Shown here: positions 28,134 through 35,961 of the stretch, piece after piece
Layout of the letters: every line of letters starts with the position of its first letter
Position numbering within the stretch: the stretch's first letter is position 1
Assembly: GCA_044376115.1 (NCBI GenBank)
Contig: JBILLK010000003.1
Span: forward strand, 256,001-320,000
Direction: 5' to 3'
Origin: Polyangiaceae bacterium
GTDB taxonomy: Bacteria; Myxococcota_A; Polyangia; Polyangiales; Polyangiaceae
Length of the DNA stretch: 64,000 nucleotides
The notes under the pieces: model-generated
Databases searched by the model: none
The model's input: the letters and a program-made list of their open reading frames with translations, nothing else
Told to the model about the DNA's origin: nothing
Translations under genes and position numbers: made by a program

Positions 28134-29267
28134 ATGAAGATTGACAATGCCGTTGACCCCATTCGCCATCGGCGGAATGACCCTGCTCGCAACGAGCTGC
28201 GGAGCGCGCGGATGTCGCTGCTGTTCGACTTGGAGCGCGGCACAAAAGTTGGGCTCGAGTTGACGCTTCACGCGCTTGCTCCACAGCGGGTGCTTCCCGC
28301 CGCCAGACGACTCTTGGCTTCTCAGGAAGTACGAGTGGCCGGGCCTCTGTTCGTGCGGGTCGGAACTGGAGGTGACTTCTCGGGCGCCCTGCAAGAGCTC
28401 GCAGAGTGGCTGCGATCACAAGGCCGGCCTGCGGCGGACCTGGCGCTCGTCCTCTCGTCTGATACAGCGGAGGAGCTGCTAAGCCGCGTGGAAATGGCGG
28501 CTGCTCGCTCGTTTCGTGTGGTCGTTACGGGAGCACTGGCAAACTTGCTCGAGATCTTGCGGGCGAACCCTCGCCTGCGCTGCGGCATCCGGCCGGACGG
28601 CCAACCGTTCTCCCAAGCCGAACCCCAAGAGCGCGCAATGGCTCTAGAGCTCGGTCGTATGAGCTGTGAGCGCGGGTTACAACTCTATGCCATGAACCTC
28701 GATACCGTGGATGATCTCGTCTTCGGTAAGCAGGCGAACTTCCGTTATGGCAGCGGTCGGCTCTGGGGTGGTGTTTCTAACTCGGTACCGCGAGCGAGCG
28801 CGTTTCACCGTACCTTGGTGCGAGTAGCCAATCAGCGGGCGGCGCACGATCCCATTTTCGAGCTCGAACAGGCGCTGGTGGAGGTGCGGACCCAGGGCGA
28901 CAACGATGATAGCGCCGAGCGTGCGCTGAGCGAGCTGGAGAAACCGCTGCTGGCTGCGCGCAGCTCGCTCGTGCGCGCGGTCTCCCTCTGGCGCCAAGCC
29001 AGCGAAATGGCTCGCATTGCGGAGGCCGAGCTGAGCCACCTATTGGAAGGCGTTGCGCACGGACGACCGGTACGAGGGGAGCGCTTCGAGCGTTGTGAGA
29101 ACTCCTATGCGGAGGCACGGGCGCTCGAAGCCTGCGCCCAAGATTGGCTTGACGAAGCGATCGCGCGCTCCGCTAATGCTCAATCCACGCTGCGCCTTCG
29201 GCGGGAGATCATGTTCGGAAAGAGTCCGGCGGTCCGAGGCGCTGGGAACCTGGCTCCGGCGGCCTGA
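28134..29267 (+). CDS. Degenerate EAL-like domain protein with helical C-terminus
   Basis: LFDLERGTKVGLELT and LYAMNLDTVDDLVFGKQANFRYGSGRLW align by eye to the EAL N- and C-terminal blocks. Confidence 0.5.
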   Translation: MKIDNAVDPIRHRRNDPARNELRSARMSLLFDLERGTKVGLELTLHALAPQRVLPAARRLLASQEVRVAGPLFVRVGTGGDFSGALQELAEWLRSQGRPAADLALVLSSDTAEELLSRVEMAAARSFRVVVTGALANLLEILRANPRLRCGIRPDGQPFSQAEPQERAMALELGRMSCERGLQLYAMNLDTVDDLVFGKQANFRYGSGRLWGGVSNSVPRASAFHRTLVRVANQRAAHDPIFELEQALVEVRTQGDNDDSAERALSELEKPLLAARSSLVRAVSLWRQASEMARIAEAELSHLLEGVAHGRPVRGERFERCENSYAEARALEACAQDWLDEAIARSANAQSTLRLRREIMFGKSPAVRGAGNLAPAA

Positions 29268-29363
29268 GCGGTCCAATGAGTCCATCGTGTGAACTCGGCG
29301 CTACATTCTGCCCACGGGGCTACTAGGCGTGGACCACAGAGCGTCGCTTCGCTAGGAGCGGAC

Positions 29364-30836
29364 ATGGCTCAAGGCTGGAGCAACCCCCTGCGGTACCTGC
29401 TGACGCTAGCAGTGACGGCTGGGTGTGGCGAAGCCAGTGAGGACGCACGCCAGGTCGAGATCGTCAATGTGATGACCTCGGCCGACGAGTCCCTGATTCT
29501 TACGCGTCCGCGGCTGGTGGCGTCGAAGTATCGACAGATGGCGCTATCTCCCTATGGATTTCTGCGCGGTAGCTTCCCGCTCTACAATCATGATGTAACT
29601 ACGAACGCCTGGGGCTTACCTCCTTCCAGGTACTACGCGGATGTCTCGCCGTTCTCGGTCGGGGACGCGCATGTAGAAAATTTTGGCCTGTTGCTCGGAC
29701 AGGACGGCGAACTCTCGCTGCACCCCAACGACCTCGATGGGGCTGACCGCTATAACTACCTATTGGAAGTGCGCAGGCTAGCGACCGCTCTGCTGGTCGG
29801 GCAATGGCAGGCCACGCAGCTCTCGAGCCAGGAACTCTCGGCCGGCGAGTCGCGGGCGGCAGCAGCGTTTGAGCTCGCCTACGCCTATGCCGAAGAGATC
29901 GCGGTGCTCACGGGCGATCGGGAGCGAGCTGCAGAGTTTGACGGCGGCATCGTGTTCGATGACCTTTTGGAGCGAGCGACCGAAGACCGAGATGCGCGTG
30001 CCGACCTCGCTGAGCTCACCGTGCTCGAAGGTGACACGCGTCGCCTGGTGCGCGGTCCAGTGGATGGCGACGACCCCGAGAACGTTTATCTGGAGCCAGC
30101 GCCCCTGGTTTGGACGCTGCTACCCGAGGTCCTAACGACCTACCAAACGACGCTAAAGTCTCCTCCGCCCTCGAGCTACTTTGCTATCAAGGACGTGGCG
30201 CGAGAAATCGGCTCGGGCGTCGCGAGCCGCGCGCGGATGCGGCTCATCGTGCTCGTGGAGGGGGAGACTCGCTCCCCTGACGACGACCTCTTGTTAGAGG
30301 TCAAAGAACTTGGGGACTCCGGGGTAAGGCCGGCGGTTTTTACCGATGTAAGCGCAGACTCGGTGACGGAGCGCATTCAGCTCGCGACCGACGTTTGCTT
30401 CGGGGGCGACGGCGCGGCTCCGCTGTGGGGAACCTCCCGCATGGCTGGGCTCAACGTGCAGGTGCGACTCGAGTCAAAGGCTGAAAAGAGCTTTCGTGTC
30501 ACGCGGTTGATCGAGGAGCTCGGGACGCCTGCGGCTGTAGCGGACCTTGGGCGAACGCTCGGCCGCGCGCTGGCGCAAGTTCATGCTGGAACTGAGCCGC
30601 TCGAGCCGGGAACGTTGATGCGGCTCCAAGCCGCTCTCCAACGTGACCCAGAGGGCTTTGCCAAGGAACAAGCCGCGGCGGCGCAGGTCATGGCCGAGGC
30701 CGTGCTTGCCGATCACGCACGCTTCGTCGATGCCCTGGAGACGCTCGGTCCAACGTTGGGTCTGAGCCCGCGCCCGGAAGACGCACTACGAGGGGAGGCC
30801 GCAGACTTGGTAGGCGACCCGCCGGAAAAACCATGA
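29364..30836 (+). CDS. DUF2252-family (kinase-like) protein with lipoprotein signal
   Basis: MALSPYGFLRGS, GDAHVENFG, NDLDGA, GSGVAS, LLLEVKE, LAQVHA; LLTLAVTAGC; SD AGGAG. Confidence 0.8.
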   Translation: MAQGWSNPLRYLLTLAVTAGCGEASEDARQVEIVNVMTSADESLILTRPRLVASKYRQMALSPYGFLRGSFPLYNHDVTTNAWGLPPSRYYADVSPFSVGDAHVENFGLLLGQDGELSLHPNDLDGADRYNYLLEVRRLATALLVGQWQATQLSSQELSAGESRAAAAFELAYAYAEEIAVLTGDRERAAEFDGGIVFDDLLERATEDRDARADLAELTVLEGDTRRLVRGPVDGDDPENVYLEPAPLVWTLLPEVLTTYQTTLKSPPPSSYFAIKDVAREIGSGVASRARMRLIVLVEGETRSPDDDLLLEVKELGDSGVRPAVFTDVSADSVTERIQLATDVCFGGDGAAPLWGTSRMAGLNVQVRLESKAEKSFRVTRLIEELGTPAAVADLGRTLGRALAQVHAGTEPLEPGTLMRLQAALQRDPEGFAKEQAAAAQVMAEAVLADHARFVDALETLGPTLGLSPRPEDALRGEAADLVGDPPEKP

Positions 30837-32098
30837 GCCGACTTCTCGCCGTCGCTACGTTGCTGACTTGTTTTGCCGTACCCAAGCTGGTTCGCGCGCA
30901 AGCGGCGGCCCCCGACGCTCCTGCGACTGACGCAGAGCCGGTGACTGCTCCGCCCGGCGTAGCTACTGACGCGGTTGCACCTCCAGCCAAGGTTGAACCG
31001 GGTGTGAGTGCGGATACGGCAATTGCGAATCCCCCGTCGCCTGCCGCAAAGGCGGAGCCGCAAGCCCGCCGCATCGAGTCGCTCTATCCGTTGAGCGGCA
31101 CCGGCTCGAGTTTTCCGCTGGCCTTGGACCTTGGCCCGCTCATCGTCGAGGCGCACCTCAGCGTCTTTGCTCAATATGTACTTAGCGTGAGGACCGAGGC
31201 CGAAGAGTCGGATTGGTTCCACGAGTTCGAGCTTCCGCGGGCACACGCCCGTCTCGACGCTGCTTGGGAGGATGCGCGCGCACGTGTGTTGATTGAGGCC
31301 ATTCGCAGCGCGAGTGAAGGGTCGCTCTTGGGCGTCGCGGGGGATAGCTTCGTCACTCGCGTTAGGGAGGCGTGGGCTTCCTACACAGCGTGGGACGTGC
31401 TCGAGGCCCAGCTCGGATTAGTGCCTACGTTGACCACCGGCCCGCTCGAAGCAATGTGGGGTATGCGGCAAGTATCAGCCACCGCGGTGGAACGTACCGG
31501 ACTATTGGTCCCCGCGGACCTCGGCGCCACGGTGCGCGGCCTTTTCCCCAAGGGCTTCGGTTGGGTGGGAGTGGGGGCATACAACGGAGAAGGGTACGCC
31601 CAGCGCGAGCTCAACCGCGGCAAGAATATAGAGATAGCAACGGTGGTGCACCCGCTGGCGTTCAGCGAGGCGCTGAAGCCAGTTACAGTGCAGACCAGCT
31701 ACGTGTCCGGCTCACGGGGAACTGCGTTGGCGCGAGCCGACCGGATTACGGCCTCGGCTGCGTGGATGGGGGAGCTCATTCGGGGCGGCGTTGTCTTCAC
31801 CCATGCTTGGGGCGTAGACGATCAACCGGATACCCGCGCCATCGCCGCGGAGGGCTTCATCCGAGTAAAACCAATCGATCGATTGAGCCTCGGGCTAAAC
31901 GCAACCTACTGGGTGCGAGACCTGGCCGCCGATAGCGACTACAGCGTAGTGATCACGGGCGGCGCTGGGGTCTTCATCGTTGAGCCGCTGGCAGCTTTCC
32001 TGGCCGTTGATGGTTTGCTGCAGGGCGAAGAGGCTGCCCAGAATGAAACGCCCAAGGATGACGTTCGGCTTCGCGTGATTGGCGCAGTTGAGTTTTGA
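30833..32098 (+). CDS. Outer-membrane beta-barrel (phosphate-selective porin O/P-like)
   Basis: Signal peptide, Pro/Ala linker, amphipathic strands, ADLGA, AYNGEG, C-terminal VEF; ATGA overlap with the upstream gene. Confidence 0.68.
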   Translation: MSRLLAVATLLTCFAVPKLVRAQAAAPDAPATDAEPVTAPPGVATDAVAPPAKVEPGVSADTAIANPPSPAAKAEPQARRIESLYPLSGTGSSFPLALDLGPLIVEAHLSVFAQYVLSVRTEAEESDWFHEFELPRAHARLDAAWEDARARVLIEAIRSASEGSLLGVAGDSFVTRVREAWASYTAWDVLEAQLGLVPTLTTGPLEAMWGMRQVSATAVERTGLLVPADLGATVRGLFPKGFGWVGVGAYNGEGYAQRELNRGKNIEIATVVHPLAFSEALKPVTVQTSYVSGSRGTALARADRITASAAWMGELIRGGVVFTHAWGVDDQPDTRAIAAEGFIRVKPIDRLSLGLNATYWVRDLAADSDYSVVITGGAGVFIVEPLAAFLAVDGLLQGEEAAQNETPKDDVRLRVIGAVEF

Positions 32099-32115
32099 AT
32101 CGAGGAGTCGTGAAG

Positions 32116-32754
32116 ATGCGTACGCTGGTACTTGGCTTGAGCCTGATGTTCGTTGGTTGTTCCGAGTCTCGTTCGGACGCGGGTGGTGGTGGCGCAGGCG
32201 CTGATGGCGGCGCGTCTACGACGAGCAGCGGCGGGGCTGGCGCGGGAGGCGAGGCGACGAGCAGCAGCGGTGGCTCCAGCTCGAGCGCCATGCCCAAAGG
32301 GGACGTCGTCATCAACGAGATCGATGCCAACAACGATTGGATCGAGTTGGTCAACGTCGGGGAGGAGAGCTTCGACCTTTCGGGCTTGTTGCTCGCGGAC
32401 AGCGACGCAGGTGAACCCAAACTCGATACAGCCATCGAGTTTCCAGAGGGGGCTTCGCTAGCCGGCGGAGCGCGCCTTTTCATCTTGGCCAAACAGGATA
32501 ACGAGGTGGAGCCTGGGGTTCAGGAGCCGCAGACCGTGTGCGAGCCCGGAGCTTCTCCTTGCTTCTATGCACCGTTCGGAATCTCGGACGCGGATGGGGA
32601 CGAGATCTTCCTCCTCGATGGGGACCGCATCATCAGCAGTGGCGTTTACGAGCCCGCAGCAGCAGCGGATGGTGAGAGCTGGTGTCGCCTTCCGGATGGT
32701 ACCGGGGACTTTGCGGTATGTGCGCCGACTCCCAGCGCAACCAACGCTGAGTAG
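32116..32754 (+). CDS. Lamin-tail-domain (LTD) lipoprotein
   Basis: Lipobox FVGC; Gly/Ser linker; VVINEI...DWIELVN...DLSGLLL.D, FGIS, SW.R.PDG, TPSA.N. Confidence 0.82.
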   Translation: MRTLVLGLSLMFVGCSESRSDAGGGGAGADGGASTTSSGGAGAGGEATSSSGGSSSSAMPKGDVVINEIDANNDWIELVNVGEESFDLSGLLLADSDAGEPKLDTAIEFPEGASLAGGARLFILAKQDNEVEPGVQEPQTVCEPGASPCFYAPFGISDADGDEIFLLDGDRIISSGVYEPAAAADGESWCRLPDGTGDFAVCAPTPSATNAE

Positions 32755-32889
32755 TTGGGTACGTCATCGTCCTGTTTCCATCGGCCCGCTTGGGTGCCAC
32801 GGCGACGGCGCTCTCTGGTTACCCAATTGGCTTTGAACCTTTGCAGGCATCACCCGTGAAAGACACGTTGCGGCTGAACACTCTTCAAC

Positions 32890-34005
32890 GTGAAGAAGCC
32901 GACTTTGGCGTTGTCAGCTGCCGCGCTCCTCTTCGGTTGTGGAGCGCTCCTTTCACCAACTGAGTCACATAACCCCTTACCCCCACGCATCGTCTCGCGG
33001 GAAAAGCCCGTCCACGTCGTACTGATTGCGCTCGATGGAGTTCGCGCGAGCGACGTCTTCGAGGGAGCTGACCCACGCTGGCTCGATACAGAGCGAACCC
33101 CAGAGGAAGTGGTTCCCAATCTGAGTTTGCTCGCACGTGAGGGCATCACTCTTGGAAGACCAGGCCATTCGCCTGGTCTTTCTGCTTCTGGGCCCAACTT
33201 CGTTTCCTTGCCCGGCTACACCGAGTTGCTCTCTGGACGCTTTTCCGAGTGCCACAGCAACGATTGCTCCACGAGGCCGGAGGAGACGTTGATCGATTGG
33301 ATGCTGAAGGACGGCACCGCACCTGCAAAGGTCGGCGTGATCGCCTCCTGGGAAAACATTGAGCACGCACTCAGCGCAGGGCCGACGAGCGCGTTCGTTT
33401 CAACGGGTCGCCACGGAGGGAATGCTCATCTTGTCGACCATGAGCGGCTGGGCTCCCATACCCTGACCGCGCTCGTTGATGGCGCCGATGCGCCGAGCGA
33501 ACCAGGCCACCATGACTACCGGCCGGACCACTACACGATAGAGCTCGCGCTTGCCTATCTGGAGGACCAGGCGCCGCGGTTCATGTTTGTTGGGCTCGGA
33601 GATACCGACGAACATGCACACGCGGGCGACTACGAGGCGTATCTGAATGCCTTGCAACGGGCCGACGCGTTCGTCGGGCGCGTGATGCAGTTGCGTAGCA
33701 CGTGGGAAGCTCAAGGTGAGCCTACGGCCATTTTCGTTACGACGGATCACGGTCGAGGTGACGACTTTCGGTCGCATGGGAAGGACTTCCCAGAGTCCCG
33801 CGCGGTTTGGCTGATTGCCGCTGGAGCGCGACTACGGGCAGGCGGGGCGGAGCTCGAGGGAGACTACGCACTGAGAGACATCGCGCCCACGATCGCGGCC
33901 ATCTCAGAGTTGTCACTGGTGACCGGCAACACCGCCGGTACGCCCTTGGCTGGCTTGATGTTGCCACGGCCGATGGCCGCGAACTCGCAACTAGCCTCTC
34001 GCTAG
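32890..34005 (+). CDS. Alkaline phosphatase superfamily metalloenzyme, putative lipoprotein
   Basis: LIALDGVR, VSLPGY nucleophile Ser, GDTDEHAH, TTDHGR, DIAPTI; LLFGC lipobox. Confidence 0.82.
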   Translation: MKKPTLALSAAALLFGCGALLSPTESHNPLPPRIVSREKPVHVVLIALDGVRASDVFEGADPRWLDTERTPEEVVPNLSLLAREGITLGRPGHSPGLSASGPNFVSLPGYTELLSGRFSECHSNDCSTRPEETLIDWMLKDGTAPAKVGVIASWENIEHALSAGPTSAFVSTGRHGGNAHLVDHERLGSHTLTALVDGADAPSEPGHHDYRPDHYTIELALAYLEDQAPRFMFVGLGDTDEHAHAGDYEAYLNALQRADAFVGRVMQLRSTWEAQGEPTAIFVTTDHGRGDDFRSHGKDFPESRAVWLIAAGARLRAGGAELEGDYALRDIAPTIAAISELSLVTGNTAGTPLAGLMLPRPMAANSQLASR

Positions 34006-34006
34006 C

Positions 34007-34588
34007 TCACCAGGAAAGATCGTAAACGACGTTGCCCGAGGCGCTCTCTTGGTGGAGCGGACGCACTTTCCCGTGCTCAGCGCTCGCGAACGCGAGCGTA
34101 GCTTCCAGGCAACCCGCCAACCCATCTACATAGCAATCAAAGTTGAACTGCTGTGCGGGGAAGCCGACCAACGTCAGTTGAGCTTGCGAGTCTTCCGCCA
34201 ACGTCGCCGAGAGCGTGCCAAGCTCGCGCGTCACATGATCGTAGATCTTGTTGCTCCGCTTAATCAGCCCACCAGGCGTTACGCCAAAGATTCCAAACGT
34301 CATATTGAGGAAGGTTCGGAGCAGCGGTCGGTCGAAGCTCGACAGCATCGTTTCACGGAAGAGCCGAACCAGCCCTTGGGAGCCGAGCACCTCGCGAGCT
34401 GCGTCGGAGACGTGCATGTGCTGACCCATTGGAACCCACGCCATCGGTAGCTCGGCCAGGATCGCCTCGGTGGTTCTCGGGTCGATCAACGCAGTGATCT
34501 TGCTGCGCTCAGTTGGGCCCAGCCGAGAAATTGCCGTGAGCAGTGACTGCGTCTGCGCAGCACGAATCCGAGGCTCCCCCATCGCCAT
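34007..34588 (-). CDS. Hypothetical protein (myxobacterial family, V4R/H-NOX-like fold possible)
   Basis: 193-aa ORF with LPMAWVP and C-terminal YDLSW; fold call is a guess. Confidence 0.55.
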   Translation of the reverse strand: MAMGEPRIRAAQTQSLLTAISRLGPTERSKITALIDPRTTEAILAELPMAWVPMGQHMHVSDAAREVLGSQGLVRLFRETMLSSFDRPLLRTFLNMTFGIFGVTPGGLIKRSNKIYDHVTRELGTLSATLAEDSQAQLTLVGFPAQQFNFDCYVDGLAGCLEATLAFASAEHGKVRPLHQESASGNVVYDLSW

Positions 34589-34649
34589 ATGCCAAGGCTA
34601 CACCGCATGACTGCGCCACACGAGCAGCGTTGTTGCGCGCTGCAGCGCC

Positions 34650-34973
34650 CTACTCCCCCAAACGTAGCCGTACTTCGGCTTGCGCAATGGTTTTGGCGGG
34701 TTGGGCACGAACCCGTAACTGACATAAGAGCCGCGTCTCCGAGCCGCAGCCCAGTAGTTCAAGCGTCTCACGCTCAGTGTCTTCTGGTGCGGCTAGCAGT
34801 GACTCACCGCTCTCCACTGTCACAACGCACACGCCACAGCTCGCGCTGCGGCAGGAGAAAAGCTCGGTCAAGCCCTCCTCCGCGTCGCACAGATCGAGAA
34901 CGCGGTCGGCGGGAGCTGCCGAGAGGACCAGCGTGCGTTCGTCTTGCTGCAGAGCGATTTGAATCGGTCCCAT
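34650..34973 (-). CDS. 2Fe-2S ferredoxin
   Basis: FSCRSASCGVC...RLLCQ (C-x4-C-x2-C...C). Confidence 0.85.
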   Translation of the reverse strand: MGPIQIALQQDERTLVLSAAPADRVLDLCDAEEGLTELFSCRSASCGVCVVTVESGESLLAAPEDTERETLELLGCGSETRLLCQLRVRAQPAKTIAQAEVRLRLGE

Positions 34974-34989
34974 AGGAGGTTGATGCCAC

Positions 34990-35027
34990 AAAAGAAAAAC
35001 AGAGCGAGGGCTTTCACCGTCGCTCTG
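34990..35027 (-). terminator. Rho-independent terminator
   Basis: Minus strand CAGAGCGA-CGGT-GAAA-GCCC-TCGCTCTG followed by TTTTTCTTTT, 42 nt after the stop of the 35069 gene. Confidence 0.75.
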
Positions 35028-35068
35028 CTCCGTCGCGCGCCAACTCTGTTGGAGTGAGCGCTAGCGCC

Positions 35069-35416
35069 TCACTTGCAGGCCGGGTTGGCCTTCATCGCCT
35101 CAGCCGCCTGCTTGCAAGCAGTGACGGTGGCGTCCTTGCCCGGACCGCTGGCGGCAGCCTTCCAAGCCGTCTTCATGTCCTCGAGAGCCTTCTTGCTGGG
35201 CTCCTTCGCCGCGTCAGGCATCTTGTCGATGCAGGCAGAGTAGGACTTGATGTAGTCGTCACACTCGGCAATGCCGGTTTCGCCGCCGCCACTCTTGGCG
35301 TCTGCCTTGGCGGAGCCCGACGCTGCTGCGCCGCTCTTCGCGCCGTCTGCGCCCTTATCCCCACAACCGACAGCGAACATGGCACCGAGCACGAGAGCAA
35401 TCGCAATCTTCTTCAC
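35069..35416 (-). CDS. Small helical lipoprotein
   Basis: SD GGGAGG, GTG start, lipobox AVGC; TGIAECDDYIKSYSACI...ACK. Confidence 0.8.
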   Translation of the reverse strand: MKKIAIALVLGAMFAVGCGDKGADGAKSGAAASGSAKADAKSGGGETGIAECDDYIKSYSACIDKMPDAAKEPSKKALEDMKTAWKAAASGPGKDATVTACKQAAEAMKANPACK

Positions 35417-35616
35417 TTTAGAGCCTCCCTCAAAGACTGCCGATGGGACCGACAGCGCGGCGGATACTGCCATTTGTTTTCTGGCCGTACACAACAATCG
35501 GCAGCTTTTTTTCGCGGAAACCCAATTGTCTCAGAGTTGTAAATTACCTGTCTGAGATTGTCCGCCGCCCCGTCACTAGTGGTCATTCTCTCAAACAGAA
35601 TGACGGGCGTTCTGAG

Positions 35617-35961
35617 TCATTTGCAGGCGCCGGCGCTCTCGAGTTCTGCCAGTGCAGCGGCACAGGCCGTCAGCAGACGCTTTTGACCATCTGGCGTTTG
35701 GCTCTGCGCCTTCCAGGTAGCTTCGATCTCGCCGAGAGCTTTCTTGCGAGCTTCACGTTCTGCCTCTGGCGCCTTCTCGATGCAGGCCGTTTGCCGCTCG
35801 AGGTAGGTCTTGCATTGCGGTGTCGTGATCCCAACCGGCGCAGCGGAGCCAGAGGCTGATGCGCTGATTGAAGCGCTGGCGGATGGGGTCTGGGTGTTGC
35901 TCTCGCCGCAGCCAACAACGAGCCACAAGCATGCGGTACCAAGGCTGAGTCGTAGGTTCAT
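35617..35961 (-). CDS. Small helical lipoprotein, paralog of the adjacent gene
   Basis: Lipobox VVGC; TPQCKTYLERQTACIEKAP...TWKA...TAC...ACK. Confidence 0.75.
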   Translation of the reverse strand: MNLRLSLGTACLWLVVGCGESNTQTPSASASISASASGSAAPVGITTPQCKTYLERQTACIEKAPEAEREARKKALGEIEATWKAQSQTPDGQKRLLTACAAALAELESAGACK

